64,000 bases of DNA from Prochlorococcus sp. AG-355-B18 (GCA_003280965.1 QCDI01000007.1:1-64000), one strand, 5' to 3'; positions 32,344-43,640 are shown, counted from the stretch's first letter. Program-made: numbers and translations. Notes: a model not told the origin generated them from the letters alone.

Positions 32344-33055
32344 CACTAAAAAGATATTCTTCTAAGTTGTTCCTCCAAATGAAAAGATTTTCTAAATAAG
32401 GGTTGTTTATGTATTCTTGGCTCCCCTCTCCTGAAAGAATTGGTCCTGCAGACTTTGGAAATTTAAGAAGAGATAATTGAGCAGCAATTGAAATATCTGC
32501 AATTGATAAACTATCTCCAACTAAATATTTCTTGTTGATCAATGATTTTGATAAAGCTTCCAGTAATTTTTGGAGTTCTAAATTATCTTTAGAAGACAAA
32601 ACTACATTAGAAATTTTACTAAGATTTTCAAAAGGTAGTTTATCAACAATACTTTTAACTGAAGAAGGTATTTCATCTGGAAGTAATGCAGTTCTTAGTT
32701 GTGGATTTTCTATTGCAGATTTTATTAAAGCCTTCCTACAAGTTGTAGCCATTGTAGTATCTGCCCAGTCTTCAATTAGTTTGCATTGTGCAAATAATAT
32801 TGGGTCCTCAGGAAAAAGTGGATTGTTATCATTTTTTTTATCTATATATTCGCAAATAGTTGAAGAGTCATTAATAACTTGATCATTACTATCGACTATT
32901 ACAGGTACTTGTTTTTGACCTGATAATTTAAAGATTTCAAATTGGCCTATTCCAGGTGTTACTTCTTCAACTCGATATTGTAGTTTTTTTGCATGAAGAG
33001 CCATTCTTGTTTTTAAACAAAAAGCACTATGCCTAAATTGATATAATGTAATCAT
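32330..33055 (-). CDS. Glutathione S-transferase family protein
   Basis: SAFCLK, QVPV, DSSTI, SIADI. Confidence 0.88.
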   Translation of the reverse strand: MITLYQFRHSAFCLKTRMALHAKKLQYRVEEVTPGIGQFEIFKLSGQKQVPVIVDSNDQVINDSSTICEYIDKKNDNNPLFPEDPILFAQCKLIEDWADTTMATTCRKALIKSAIENPQLRTALLPDEIPSSVKSIVDKLPFENLSKISNVVLSSKDNLELQKLLEALSKSLINKKYLVGDSLSIADISIAAQLSLLKFPKSAGPILSGEGSQEYINNPYLENLFIWRNNLEEYLFSANSQ

Positions 33056-33100
33056 GCTGTTTAATGTTTGTTAAAACTTAGCTAAAAAAGTAATCTATTT

Positions 33101-33319
33101 GTGGAGCTGATGGGCGAATTTTTCTCTAATGTTGCGAGATATCCAAAGTATTTGATATCTATCATTGTTGGGGGACTTGCTGCTTTGCTTGAACCTTTAT
33201 TCAAGAATAGATCAAATCCTCTTACAATAGTAGGATTGATATCTTCTGTCTTAAGTGCTTTCATAACTTTTTATTTTGTATTGCAAGCGATGACAAACCC
33301 AATAAATATACAATCATAA
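33101..33319 (+). CDS. DUF751-like small membrane protein
   Basis: EFFSNVARYPKY. Confidence 0.75.
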   Translation: MELMGEFFSNVARYPKYLISIIVGGLAALLEPLFKNRSNPLTIVGLISSVLSAFITFYFVLQAMTNPINIQS

Positions 33320-33711
33320 TGCCAAATAATTACCGTCTTGCAAAAGTTTCTTCTCTTTTGAAGAAAGAAATAACCCTTATATTGCAGAATGATTTAGAAA
33401 ATGATCTTATTAGAGATCATTTCGTCAATATTTCTAAGATTGATTTATCAGGTGATTTGCAACACTGTAAAATTTATATAACTTCAACTGCTCAAGAGAA
33501 AGTGAGGAAAGAGATTGTGGAAAACTTGAATACTACTAAAAGCTCTATAAGACATTGTTTAGGAAAAAGAATTGAGATGAGAAGAGTTCCAGAGATAATT
33601 TTTAAAGACGATGTGGTTCTTGATAAAGGTTTATCAGTCTTGAAACTTCTCGATGAATTAAAAAATCAAAATCAAAATCATAGTGTTGAGGATAAGGATG
33701 CCAAAGCTTGA
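33319..33711 (+). CDS. rbfA: Ribosome-binding factor A
   Basis: SGDLQHCKIY, RRVPEIIF. Confidence 0.92.
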   Translation: MPNNYRLAKVSSLLKKEITLILQNDLENDLIRDHFVNISKIDLSGDLQHCKIYITSTAQEKVRKEIVENLNTTKSSIRHCLGKRIEMRRVPEIIFKDDVVLDKGLSVLKLLDELKNQNQNHSVEDKDAKA

Positions 33712-34495
33712 TCTACCCCTTGATCAAAGAAATATAATTATTACTCGATCAAAAGAAGGGATATTGGATATAAAAAAGATATTCATAAGCAAGGGCGCTA
33801 ATGTATTTGATTTTCCTGCAATAAGTATTACTGATCCTGATGATTTGAATCCTCTTGACGAGGCATTAAATCAAATAAATGATTTTCATTGGATTATTTT
33901 TTCCAGTAGTAATGGGATCAAATTTGTGGATAAAAGACTTAGATACTTTAATAGTTCATTAAAAGAATGTTCTAAAAAAACAAAAATCGCCGTTGTCGGA
34001 GAAAAAACCTCAAAAACTCTTGATGATTTTGGGATTAAGGCTGATTTTATACCTCCAGAATTTGTTGCTGAAAGTTTAATTGATAATTTTCCAGTATCTG
34101 GATATGGACTTAGAGTTTTTGTACCAAGAGTTCAAACAGGGGGTAGGGATTTAATCGCAGATCAATTTAGAAAGGCTGGTTCTCGTGTATTTGAGGTTGC
34201 TGCATATGAAACTAGATGTCCTGAATCAATTCCGGAAGAAACAATTGATATTATTTCTAATCGAAAAGTCGATGCAATTATTTTCTCAAGCGGTAAAACC
34301 GTATTAAATGCTGCTTTTTTATTAGAAAAAAAACTTGGTAAAAAATGGTTAGGATATTTTGATCAAATTAAGTTATTATCTATTGGACCTCAGACAACAA
34401 AAATTTGTAATAAGATTTTTGGAAGAGTTGATAGTCAAGCACAAAAATATACTTTTGAAGGACTACTAGATGTAGCAATTAATATTTTTAACTAG
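33698..34495 (+). CDS. hemD: Uroporphyrinogen-III synthase
   Basis: IITRS, FSSSNG, VGEKT, AYET, SIGPQT; start set at ATG 33698. Confidence 0.9.
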   Translation: MPKLDLPLDQRNIIITRSKEGILDIKKIFISKGANVFDFPAISITDPDDLNPLDEALNQINDFHWIIFSSSNGIKFVDKRLRYFNSSLKECSKKTKIAVVGEKTSKTLDDFGIKADFIPPEFVAESLIDNFPVSGYGLRVFVPRVQTGGRDLIADQFRKAGSRVFEVAAYETRCPESIPEETIDIISNRKVDAIIFSSGKTVLNAAFLLEKKLGKKWLGYFDQIKLLSIGPQTTKICNKIFGRVDSQAQKYTFEGLLDVAINIFN

Positions 34496-34958
34496 AAAAA
34501 TTTTTTGTATAGTTCTTTTCAACTAAATCTTTGAACCTATCAATATTGGCCTGTAATTCGTTTGTAACCATTTTGCCTAAAATATTTTCTTCCATAAACC
34601 GAGCAATCATTTTTGGTAGTTCATAAGTTATGGCTAAATTGACCGTTGTGATTTGATTAGTTTTACTCTCGAAAACTACTGATCCCTCAGTTGGTAAACC
34701 TCCTATTGATTTCCATTTAAGTTTGCTTTTTTCAACTCTTTCTGTAATTTGAGCTTTCCATTTAAACCTAAAGCCATTTGCAGCTAAAGTCCATTCTGTT
34801 AAATCTGGTAACGTATTAGTTTCTTCATCAACTGTTTTTACAGATTCAATCCAGCTCATCCAAAGTGACATTGAGTCTAAATCGCTCCATGTATCCCACA
34901 CATTTTCAAGAGGCGCATTAACAACTGTTATTACGTCATGTTTTAGCCAAGTACCCAT
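34488..34958 (-). CDS. SRPBCC/cyclase family protein
   Basis: WMSWIESV; lies downstream of zds. Confidence 0.8.
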   Translation of the reverse strand: MGTWLKHDVITVVNAPLENVWDTWSDLDSMSLWMSWIESVKTVDEETNTLPDLTEWTLAANGFRFKWKAQITERVEKSKLKWKSIGGLPTEGSVVFESKTNQITTVNLAITYELPKMIARFMEENILGKMVTNELQANIDRFKDLVEKNYTKNFSS

Positions 34959-34961
34959 GAA

Positions 34962-36416
34962 TTAACTTACTGCAAGATTTTTTGCTAATTCGGCTTTCTT
35001 CTCTAAAATTGCTGCGGCAGCTAAATGACCACTCATTGTAGCTCCCTCCATAGAGTCTATATAATCCTGTTTTGTATAACTACCAGCCATGAAGAAATTA
35101 GATATAGATGTTTTTTGATCGGGTCTGAAAGGTTCCATACCGGGAGCTTCTCTATAGAGTGATTGTGGAATTTGTACCACGTTACTCCAAAGCAATTTAA
35201 GGTTTTTTGAGGATGGGAATAGACGGCGAACCTCTTTATCTATTTCTTTTGTAATTCTTTCTGTGGATCTTCCCATCCACCTATCGCCAGGAGTTAAAAC
35301 ACATTGGAGAAGCGATCCCATATCTTTTTTTCTATAGTCTGCTGGACTTGCTAGTGCTAAATCAGCAAAACAACTGAAAGAGGCATCAGCAGAATAAAGA
35401 AGGTTATCTAGTCCAATTGGTTCGTTTCCAGTATTTTCTTTTTGTAATTCAGTGACCCAACCGTCATATCTTAATTGAATTGTGGCAACAGCAACAGCTC
35501 TAAGTTTTTTTAAACCTTCAAATTCTTTAAATTGATACCATTCTTTTGGAATTATTTTTTTTATTCCAGGAACATCACAGGCAGCTAGAAATTTATCTGC
35601 AAACACTGCCTTAATTCCTTCAGGGGAAGATATTTTTAATTGATTTACTAAATAAGAGGAAGATTCCTTTTCATAAATGATTTCTTCTACCTTATGGTTA
35701 AGATGTATTTTTGCTCCTTTGTTTTTGATGTAGTCGACAATAGGTTGAGTTAACCATTTATGCGGGGAACCTTTTAAAAGATTAAGTTTTGAAGCTTCTG
35801 TTTTTGAAGCAAACATCATAAATATAGTTAGCATGCATCTTGCTGAAATATCTTTGCAATTAATAAAACCTAAAGCGTATGCGATGGGATCCCACATTCT
35901 TTCTAAGCTTTTTTCACTTCCACCATGGTTTAAAAACCATTCTTTAAAACTAATTTTATCTAGATCTCTAATTATTTTCATTGCGCCTTCATAGTCTATC
36001 AATCCTCTAACTATTGGGCTTGTCCCTAAAGCTAAGGCATTTCTGAACTTATCTAACCAAGTAAGTTGTTCGGTGGTGAAAAAAGCTTTAAGTCCGTTGA
36101 ATGGAGCACCTAGAGGGAATCTGAAGTCTAAAGATTTTAAATTACCACCATTATTAATAAATAGATGAGTATGATCTTTTGGGAGTAAATTGTCTAGAGC
36201 TCCCACTTTTTTCATTAATTTAAAAAGATTTGCATAATTGTAAAAAAATACATGTAAACCCATTTCTATGTGGTTGCCATCCTTATCTTCCCAACTTCCT
36301 ACTTTACCTCCCCAAAATGACCTGCTCTCGAAAATTTCTACTTCGTGACCTTCATCAACTAAATTGACTGCTGCTGTAAGACCAGCTAATCCAGAACCAA
36401 CTATTGCAATTTTCAC
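34962..36416 (-). CDS. zds: Zeta-carotene desaturase
   Basis: [19 protein letters not shown]. Confidence 0.92.
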   Translation of the reverse strand: MKIAIVGSGLAGLTAAVNLVDEGHEVEIFESRSFWGGKVGSWEDKDGNHIEMGLHVFFYNYANLFKLMKKVGALDNLLPKDHTHLFINNGGNLKSLDFRFPLGAPFNGLKAFFTTEQLTWLDKFRNALALGTSPIVRGLIDYEGAMKIIRDLDKISFKEWFLNHGGSEKSLERMWDPIAYALGFINCKDISARCMLTIFMMFASKTEASKLNLLKGSPHKWLTQPIVDYIKNKGAKIHLNHKVEEIIYEKESSSYLVNQLKISSPEGIKAVFADKFLAACDVPGIKKIIPKEWYQFKEFEGLKKLRAVAVATIQLRYDGWVTELQKENTGNEPIGLDNLLYSADASFSCFADLALASPADYRKKDMGSLLQCVLTPGDRWMGRSTERITKEIDKEVRRLFPSSKNLKLLWSNVVQIPQSLYREAPGMEPFRPDQKTSISNFFMAGSYTKQDYIDSMEGATMSGHLAAAAILEKKAELAKNLAVS

Positions 36417-36515
36417 TTTTTCTTATAATTATAACAAATCAAGTTTCGATACCGTTTGTTCTATGCATCCTATCGATTAAGTTTTTATATTATAAATAGT
36501 AGAAATCCCTTGTTT

Positions 36516-36908
36516 ATGGAAAATGTAGAAGTTAAAGAGGAAATTAAAAATTCTGATGATGGGAAAGGTATCTTAATTACGAATGATGCTATAGAACAAA
36601 TTTCAAATTTATTGAAGGGCCAAAGTGATAAAAAAGCACTAAGGGTCGGAGTAAGATCAGGCGGTTGTAGTGGGATGAGTTATACGATGGATTTTATAGA
36701 AACTGATGAAATAAACCCCGATGATAAAGTTTATGATTATTCGTTAAAAGCTGATCAAAGCTTTCAAGTGGTTTGTGATCCTAAAAGTCTTTTATATATT
36801 TATGGAATGCAGTTAGATTTTAGTAAGGAATTAATTGGAGGTGGCTTTAATTTTGTAAATCCTAATGCCTCTCAAACTTGCGGTTGTGGAAGCTCCTTTG
36901 CAGTTTAA
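36516..36908 (+). CDS. iscA: IscA/HesB Fe-S assembly protein
   Basis: GGCSGMSY, TCGCGSSF; start set at ATG 36516. Confidence 0.88.
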   Translation: MENVEVKEEIKNSDDGKGILITNDAIEQISNLLKGQSDKKALRVGVRSGGCSGMSYTMDFIETDEINPDDKVYDYSLKADQSFQVVCDPKSLLYIYGMQLDFSKELIGGGFNFVNPNASQTCGCGSSFAV

Positions 36909-36914
36909 TAAAAA

Positions 36915-37343
36915 ATGAATAACGAAATTAATCCCATCGAAGAGGATTTTAATGCAGCTTTATCAAGATATAAAGCAGGGGAAGATTTAATTCCAATCGT
37001 CCAAGATTTTCAAAAAATTATACAGCAAATTCCAAATCACTTTGCTGCTTGGACTTGTTTATCATGGCTTCAATTACTTTTGAAAAATAATGAAGAAGCT
37101 TTGTCAGCTGCCAGACAAGCTGTTCGATTAAATCAGCAAGATCCACAAGCAAGAATGAATTTGTCTTTAGCTCTTTTGGCTACCAATAATAAAGGCGTTA
37201 GGGATCATATTGAGTTAATAAAAAAAATGTCTATAATGATGCCAGATGTTAAAAGTGAGTTGAAAGAATCTGTTGAAGACGGATTAAGTAGATATCCAGA
37301 TTGGCCAGAGTTAACCAAAGTAAAAAAATGGTTGGAATTTTAA
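36915..37343 (+). CDS. TPR-like protein
   Basis: Helical repeats AWTCLSWL...QARMNLSLA. Confidence 0.7.
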   Translation: MNNEINPIEEDFNAALSRYKAGEDLIPIVQDFQKIIQQIPNHFAAWTCLSWLQLLLKNNEEALSAARQAVRLNQQDPQARMNLSLALLATNNKGVRDHIELIKKMSIMMPDVKSELKESVEDGLSRYPDWPELTKVKKWLEF

Positions 37344-37344
37344 A

Positions 37345-38547
37345 TTGTTTAAGATTTTAATATTAAGTAATGGGCATGGAGAAGATCTATCTGGAAGTCT
37401 AATAGCTAAACAATTCGTAAAAAGTGGTTATTCTGTTCATGCTTTGCCAATTGTTGGTATGGGAAACCATTACGAAAAAGAAAAAATTAAGATTATCGGC
37501 AAAACTAAAGAATTCAGAACTGGAGGAATTGGCTATAATTCTTTCAAAGGAAGACTTACTGAGATATTAGGAGGAGAAATATTTTATGTCTTAAAAAGAT
37601 TATATTTAACTTTTAAGATAAGAAAAAAATATGATTATTTTTTTATAGTTGGAGATATTGTGCCAGTTTTTTTTGCATGGGTTTGTAAGAAAGATTTTTT
37701 TACATATCTAGTTGCTTATTCCAGCCATTATGAAGGGAAGTTGAAATTACCATGGCCTTCTAAATTTTTCTTGATCTCACAAAAAGCAAAAAAAATATAT
37801 ACGAGAGATTCCCTTACAGCTAATGATTTAACATCGCAATTAAAAAAGAAAGTGTCTTTTTTAGGCAACCCATTTATGGATAAGTTTTTTCCTAGAAACA
37901 AAAAATTAAATAAAGCAGAATTTAGTATTGGATTATTTCCAGGAAGTAGATTCCCTGAGATTTTAGATAATTTTGTTTTTATTTTAGAGGTATTAGAGGC
38001 ATTGTCAGATTTAAGATATTTTCAAAAAATTCAGTTTAATTTTGCAATAGTTAATGCTCTATCTTCATTAAAAATAAAGGAGATATTTCAAAAAAGAGGA
38101 TGGTTAAAAATAGAAAATATAAAAGATAATAATCTCTTGAAATTCCAATATAAATTTTTAGAAGTGAATATATATTGGAATAATTTTGACAATATATTAT
38201 TGAAAAGTAGATGCTGTATCAGCATGGCAGGAACAGCATCAGAGCAAGCGATTGGATTAGGAAAACCGGTTATTCAGATAGAAGGTAAAGGTCCACAATT
38301 TACAAAAACTTTTGCAGAAGCGCAAAGACGTTTGCTTGGAAAATATGTTTTTTGTGCCACAAATTATAAAGATAAGAATGATCAAATCAATCAGACAAAA
38401 GAATTGATCATTAAAATTATATACCTTATAAAGCTGAATAAGAAGTTTATGATCTCATGTAATGAAAATGCTAAAAAAAGACTGGGTGAAAACAAAGCTT
38501 GTCTTAAAATGGTTAATGATATGAATATTGTTATAAAAAATGACTAA
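37345..38547 (+). CDS. Lipid-A-disaccharide synthase-related protein
   Basis: SNGHGED, GNPFMD, PGSR, MAGTASEQ. Confidence 0.8.
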   Translation: MFKILILSNGHGEDLSGSLIAKQFVKSGYSVHALPIVGMGNHYEKEKIKIIGKTKEFRTGGIGYNSFKGRLTEILGGEIFYVLKRLYLTFKIRKKYDYFFIVGDIVPVFFAWVCKKDFFTYLVAYSSHYEGKLKLPWPSKFFLISQKAKKIYTRDSLTANDLTSQLKKKVSFLGNPFMDKFFPRNKKLNKAEFSIGLFPGSRFPEILDNFVFILEVLEALSDLRYFQKIQFNFAIVNALSSLKIKEIFQKRGWLKIENIKDNNLLKFQYKFLEVNIYWNNFDNILLKSRCCISMAGTASEQAIGLGKPVIQIEGKGPQFTKTFAEAQRRLLGKYVFCATNYKDKNDQINQTKELIIKIIYLIKLNKKFMISCNENAKKRLGENKACLKMVNDMNIVIKND

Positions 38548-38809
38548 GGAGAATAATCAAAATAAGTTAAAACAAATTATCGATAATTTGTTATTAATAA
38601 ATTTATTTACAGTAATTTTTTTTGCAATATTTTTTATTTTTGCAATCATCATGCAATTTAATGGCATATTTATTTTTGTTAATTTTATTCAGATAGTTTG
38701 GAATCCTCTTGTAGTTCCATTGATAACAATTCTTATTATTGGCGCTTTAGTGAACGGTATTAATTCTTGGTGGAGGCGTAAATTGCTCTCTCAAGAAGAG
38801 GATATTTAA
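38540..38809 (+). CDS. Small membrane protein
   Basis: Two TM segments; overlaps upstream stop codon. Confidence 0.6.
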   Translation: MTKENNQNKLKQIIDNLLLINLFTVIFFAIFFIFAIIMQFNGIFIFVNFIQIVWNPLVVPLITILIIGALVNGINSWWRRKLLSQEEDI

Positions 38810-39686
38810 AATTATAATTTTTGAGTTTATTGCTTATAACTTTTTGTCCTTCCAATACAACTTTTGCTCCATCTCCTAACAATATTTTTAAAACCGCTCC
38901 AGGCACTGGAAGTAAATTAGGTCTATTCAGACATTTGCCTAAAGTCTGAGAAAATTCTCTCATTAATACTGGATTTGGTGCAACAGCATTAAATACTCCC
39001 GAATACTTTTTATCAACTAATGCTTGAGTAATTAATGTACATAAATCAGTTCTATGAATCCAACTCATCCATTGCTTACCATCTCCAATTGGTCCACCTA
39101 ATCCAACTTTAAATATAGGGAGCATTTTTCCTAATGCTCCTCCATCTGCCTCTAAAACTATTCCAATTCTAAAAATAACTAACCTTGAGAAAAATGGTTT
39201 TTCAGCAGCGACCGCTTCCCATTTTTTGCAAAGATTAGCTAAAAAGTCTTTTCCTCCAATACTATTTTCAGTGAATTCACCAGACAAACTTGTTCCGTAA
39301 TAACCTACTGCTGATCCATTTATGATGACTTTTGGGTTTATTTTTAAATTTTTAAGGGTCTTCATCATAAATTTTGTGGTGTTAATACGACTATTTTCAA
39401 TCTCCTGTTTTTGTTCAGAAGTCCATTTTTTTTCTGCTATGGGTTCGCCCATCAGGTTAATAATTCCATCGGTCTCTCTTAAAATATTTAGAAGATTTTC
39501 GTTATTCCAGTTTTTTTCTTTTGATAAATCTATTTGTAAAAACTTAAAATTATTGAAATCTAAATCAAGCTTTAATTTACTGATAGGTTTTCTACTTACA
39601 ATATATATCTCATGGTTTTCATTTATTAGTGTTGGTAGAAGTTCTTTACCAACAAATCCAGTGCAGCCAAGTAATAAAAGACGCAT
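38760..39686 (-). CDS. TIGR01777-type NAD-dependent epimerase
   Basis: GCTGFVG, SAVGYYG, GGPIGDGKQWMSWIH. Confidence 0.88.
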   Translation of the reverse strand: MRLLLLGCTGFVGKELLPTLINENHEIYIVSRKPISKLKLDLDFNNFKFLQIDLSKEKNWNNENLLNILRETDGIINLMGEPIAEKKWTSEQKQEIENSRINTTKFMMKTLKNLKINPKVIINGSAVGYYGTSLSGEFTENSIGGKDFLANLCKKWEAVAAEKPFFSRLVIFRIGIVLEADGGALGKMLPIFKVGLGGPIGDGKQWMSWIHRTDLCTLITQALVDKKYSGVFNAVAPNPVLMREFSQTLGKCLNRPNLLPVPGAVLKILLGDGAKVVLEGQKVISNKLKNYNFKYPLLERAIYASTKN

Positions 39687-39821
39687 ATTTTTAGATATTT
39701 ATCATCTTAGGCTATTAAATTTTTTAGAATTTTGTAATTATTATTCCGTTATCAATTTTTTTAAATATTTATCAAACAAGATTTTGTATAATATATTCCA
39801 AATGTCTTCTTGGATTTTAAC

Positions 39822-40058
39822 ATGACAGATTCTATTCAAAAGAAACCTTTGAAGAAAGGAAGCTTAGTTTTTGTCGATAGAGAAAATTATATAAAAAGTA
39901 TCGAGGCTCTTGCCAGTGATGATGATTTACCTAATTACATCTTTGAAGGTCCTGGAGAAATTCTTTCTGTCAAAGAAGAATATGCTCAGGTCCGATGGCG
40001 TAGACCTGTTCCAGATGCTTGGCTGAAATTAGATCAACTTAAAGAATATATTCAATAA
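39822..40058 (+). CDS. ndhO: NDH-1 subunit O
   Basis: LKKGSLV...SIEALASD...YIFEGPGE. Confidence 0.85.
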   Translation: MTDSIQKKPLKKGSLVFVDRENYIKSIEALASDDDLPNYIFEGPGEILSVKEEYAQVRWRRPVPDAWLKLDQLKEYIQ

Positions 40059-40062
40059 AATT

Positions 40063-40746
40063 TTATAGTTTAAAACTCTTTATTTTTTTCTTTATAGCCA
40101 TTTTTGATTGGATTATTTTTGCTTCTTTAATCATTTCTTTACCATCAAATAAGTAATTATCTACATATCCTTGTGTATATCTATCAAGCTCTGATAGTGC
40201 ATCTTTAACTTGCGAAAAACAATGATACAGATCGAGGCCTAAATTTGAAATAGACTTTGGAACTAACTTTTTGTTATAAATTTTTTCAACTTTTTCTATT
40301 TTCTTTTGTGAAAGACTTATATAACTGCAAAAATTTTCCATAAGTTCGTCATCATATGGATCCGCAGATAGTTCTTTTATTTCGTTGTTCAAAGGTTTAA
40401 TTATTTGGCTAATTAATCTATTGATCGGAGTGTAAATTTCTTTAATCCATGTTTCAACTTCTTTATCTTTATTTGACGAATTATATTTTTTTGAATTTAG
40501 TTTCTCTTCCCAATTTTCTTTTAATGAATCAAATGATGAATTTGAAGAGAAAAAATTCCTATCATATTGTTCTTTTTTAATAGGATCATTTAGAGTCTCC
40601 CAAGCATTTTGTATTGCAAGAAATCGTTCTTTTTCGCCACCGGCATCGGGATGATGTTGCTTAACTAAAGAACGATATGAAGACTTAATTTCACTTTTGG
40701 TTGCATTTTTTTCGAGGCCTAATTCTTTATAAAAATTTTTTTCCAT
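40063..40746 (-). CDS. DnaJ-domain protein
   Basis: N-terminal J domain with HPD. Confidence 0.88.
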   Translation of the reverse strand: MEKNFYKELGLEKNATKSEIKSSYRSLVKQHHPDAGGEKERFLAIQNAWETLNDPIKKEQYDRNFFSSNSSFDSLKENWEEKLNSKKYNSSNKDKEVETWIKEIYTPINRLISQIIKPLNNEIKELSADPYDDELMENFCSYISLSQKKIEKVEKIYNKKLVPKSISNLGLDLYHCFSQVKDALSELDRYTQGYVDNYLFDGKEMIKEAKIIQSKMAIKKKIKSFKL

Positions 40747-40761
40747 TTTTTAAATAAGAGA

Positions 40762-41730
40762 TCAAAGATAACCGTCTTTTCTTGCTTGAATCGAAGTATT
40801 CGATTCAAACATTGCTGTTGATAAATATCTTTCGCCAAAACTAGGAAGAATTACTATTAATCTCTTATTCATCAGTTCTTTCCTTTTACCTATTTTTATT
40901 GTTGCTGCTAAAGCTGCACCACTACTTATACCTGATAAAAGACCTTCCAATCGAGCTAATAAACGTCCATAATAAAAAGCTTCATCGTCATCTATTTTTA
41001 TAATTTCATCTATTAGTTTGGTATTCAGAACTTTTGGCACGAAACCTGCTCCTATACCTTGAATTAAATGCGATCCTGCTTTTTTTCCGGAAATGACAGC
41101 ACTTTTTTTGGGCTCTACAGCATAAATTTTGCAATTTGGATTAACTTTTTTCAAAAAACGTGCGCAACCAGTAATTGTTCCTCCTGTGCCTACTCCTGTA
41201 ACTAGCCCATCTAAATTGTTATTGGATTGGGCCCATATTTCTTGTGCAGTTGTTCTTTCATGAATATCTGGATTAGCAAAGTTTTCAAATTGATTAAATT
41301 GATAACTATTTGCAATGCTTGAAGACAACTCATTAGCTAAATCTAAAGCTCCTTTCATTCCCTCTTTACCAGGTGTGAGCTGCAATTCAGCTCCATATGC
41401 TCTCAACATTGCCCTTCTTTCAATACTCATCGTATCTGGCATAGTTAATATCAATTTATAGCCTTTTGCTGCAGCGACCATTGCTAATGCGATGCCAGTA
41501 TTTCCACTTGTTGCTTCAATTAACGTTGTCTTATCTGGCGTAATTAATCCTTCTTCTTCAGCTTTACATAACATTGAATAAGCGATGCGATCCTTAACGG
41601 AAGCTGATGGATTGAAACTTTCTAGTTTGGCGATTATTTCCGGATAACAATTAAAAAACTTTCTGATTCGATTTAATTTAACTAATGGCGTATTTCCAAC
41701 TAGAGAAGTTATATCATTTGCTATATCCAT
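40762..41730 (-). CDS. cysK: Cysteine synthase A
   Basis: SVKDR, TSGNTG, GTGGT, IQGIG. Confidence 0.95.
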   Translation of the reverse strand: MDIANDITSLVGNTPLVKLNRIRKFFNCYPEIIAKLESFNPSASVKDRIAYSMLCKAEEEGLITPDKTTLIEATSGNTGIALAMVAAAKGYKLILTMPDTMSIERRAMLRAYGAELQLTPGKEGMKGALDLANELSSSIANSYQFNQFENFANPDIHERTTAQEIWAQSNNNLDGLVTGVGTGGTITGCARFLKKVNPNCKIYAVEPKKSAVISGKKAGSHLIQGIGAGFVPKVLNTKLIDEIIKIDDDEAFYYGRLLARLEGLLSGISSGAALAATIKIGKRKELMNKRLIVILPSFGERYLSTAMFESNTSIQARKDGYL

Positions 41731-41874
41731 GAAATGATTATTTAAATTGCAAAATTAAATCCCCTACTCACATAATAATTGTATTTAAAGATCTTTTATA
41801 TAATTTTCTCAAAAGAATTTAATTTAAAATAACTTTCTCCTTTAAATATTTATTATTATAAAAGGTAGTCTTTA

Positions 41875-42156
41875 TTGATGATTATGTATTTGCTAGAACT
41901 AAGTCTGAGATATTCACCTTTTCCACTGTCAATTCAGAAGAAAGAATTTGAAGATGTTAAAAGAATTTATGATGAAATAAAAAGTTCTATGAATGAAACT
42001 TTAGAATCTTCAAACTTGATTGAGTTAAAGTGTGACAAAGTGCAAGATAAATTAATTGCTGTCAGAGCTAAAGAAATCATTTCTGTTCAGATATATGAAA
42101 AATCGTCAGTAGCAGGTGGAGCAAAAAGACCAGGATTTTCTCTCAACATAGATTGA
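41875..42156 (+). CDS. Conserved hypothetical protein
   Basis: Ends in KRPGFS; overlaps the next gene. Confidence 0.7.
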   Translation: MMIMYLLELSLRYSPFPLSIQKKEFEDVKRIYDEIKSSMNETLESSNLIELKCDKVQDKLIAVRAKEIISVQIYEKSSVAGGAKRPGFSLNID

Positions 42157-42839
42157 TAGAATTAATGCCATATTCTCTTGAAGATCAAATACCTCATATT
42201 CATTTTAAAGATGTATCTTTTTCATATCCTGGAAAAAAAGAAAATTTAATTTTTAAATGTAATTTCTCGATAAAAAAAACTGGATTTTGGATGGTCGTAG
42301 GTAAAAACGGAAGTGGGAAAAGTACTCTTTTAAAATTAATAAATGGAATAATTAAACCGAATAATGGAATCATTAATTCTAAAGCAAATATAGGGATGGT
42401 ATTTCAAAACCCTGATCATCAAATATTAATGCCAAATTGCAGGAGCGAACTTCTGATTAACATTAATCAAAATATAAGTGATAATGAAATTAATAAAAAA
42501 ATTGAATATGTGCTTGATCAGGTGGGATTATCTGGTTTTGAAAAAAGGCCAGTTCATACGTTAAGCGGTGGGCAAAAACAACGCTTGACTATTGCATGCG
42601 CGCTTATTAGTAATAGAAATTTTATTCTTTTGGATGAGCCTACAGCGTTACTTGATCGAACAAGCCAATTAAAAGTTTTAAATACAATTAAAAATCTTAC
42701 AAGTGACTATAAAAAACCTTTATCAGCTTTATGGATTACTCATCGTTATGAAGAATTAACTTACGCTGATTCAGTTGCGGAGTTAAAAAATGGTTTTTTA
42801 TCTAGCTGGCAAGAACCATCAAAATTTCAATATAATTAA
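42153..42839 (+). CDS. ECF/CbiO-type ABC ATPase
   Basis: GKNGSGKST, FQNPD, LSGGQKQR, DEPT. Confidence 0.88.
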   Translation: MIELMPYSLEDQIPHIHFKDVSFSYPGKKENLIFKCNFSIKKTGFWMVVGKNGSGKSTLLKLINGIIKPNNGIINSKANIGMVFQNPDHQILMPNCRSELLININQNISDNEINKKIEYVLDQVGLSGFEKRPVHTLSGGQKQRLTIACALISNRNFILLDEPTALLDRTSQLKVLNTIKNLTSDYKKPLSALWITHRYEELTYADSVAELKNGFLSSWQEPSKFQYN

Positions 42840-42888
42840 CTCTTGTACTTGTCATAAGGTACTTTAAAGAGCTAAATTCATTCTATAT

Positions 42889-42960
<72 letters not shown>

Positions 42961-42978
42961 TTCATTTACGGGTTCTTC

Positions 42979-43011
42979 AGACTTCAAGTTAATTCACTTG
43001 AGGTCTTTTTT
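42979..43011 (+). terminator. Element-supplied intrinsic terminator for tRNA-Asn
   Basis: AGACTTCAAGT-6nt-ACTTGAGGTCT stem (one G-U) followed by T run. Confidence 0.8.
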
Positions 43012-43084
43012 AATGCCCTGACTACTGTTTTGAAGAAATCAGAAGATCAGATGTTTTCAGGATAACTCAAATCCACCATTTTGC

Positions 43085-43126
43085 TGGTCGTGATATGGTC
43101 GTGAAATTAATTTTTCATGGTCGTGA
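43085..43126 (+). repeat. Three TGGTCGTGA repeats (probable integrase arm sites)
   Basis: Copies at 43085, 43096 and 43118. Confidence 0.8.
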
Positions 43127-43139
43127 AGAAAAAATGCCG

Positions 43140-43162
43140 AAAAAAAAGACCCTAAATGGGTC
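43140..43162 (-). terminator. Intrinsic terminator of the leftward operon
   Basis: Minus strand GACCC-ATTTA-GGGTC followed by T8. Confidence 0.7.
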
Positions 43163-43241
43163 AGAGTCAGGGTAGAAAAAATTCAAATAGGGAAGGCAAG
43201 GGACTGTCCTTTATCCCACTACTATTTAGTTCATTTCGTAG

Positions 43242-43640
43242 TTAGATTTCCTCCTCTTCAGCAAATTTTGCTTCCAAATACTCTTTGGCATCTTTAGGGA
43301 CTTTCATGGCATTTTCTTCAAAGTCTTCTTTTGACTTGATAAAGAAGACATACCTTGCCCTATTAAAAACTGTGTTCCAATGTGCTGCGTTATCAAGTTC
43401 AGGAAATTCTTGAAATAAGTAAAGCATTTCGATCAAAACTTTTTCTTGTGCTTTTCTTACTTTCAATGCTCTCTTTGCATTACTTCGTATGTGACTGACG
43501 AAGTGCTTGGCATCATCAGATAACAGTTCCCACTTGGAATTTGCCAACTTGATGTTGGCATTATTTGAAGCAGTTTGGTTGGAAATAAAGTAATCCAGTT
43601 TTTTGTACTCTGGAATTTTTAACTCTTGAGAACTATCCAT
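43242..43640 (-). CDS. Hypothetical protein, 132 aa
   Basis: TAATG coupling to the upstream ORF; GGGGAGG RBS. Confidence 0.75.
   Translation of the reverse strand: MDSSQELKIPEYKKLDYFISNQTASNNANIKLANSKWELLSDDAKHFVSHIRSNAKRALKVRKAQEKVLIEMLYLFQEFPELDNAAHWNTVFNRARYVFFIKSKEDFEENAMKVPKDAKEYLEAKFAEEEEI

Noticed and set aside
43085..43126. Repeats as a CRISPR or iteron array
   Set aside because: Only 9 bp long, no spacers or cas genes, and located at both att ends as expected for arm sites
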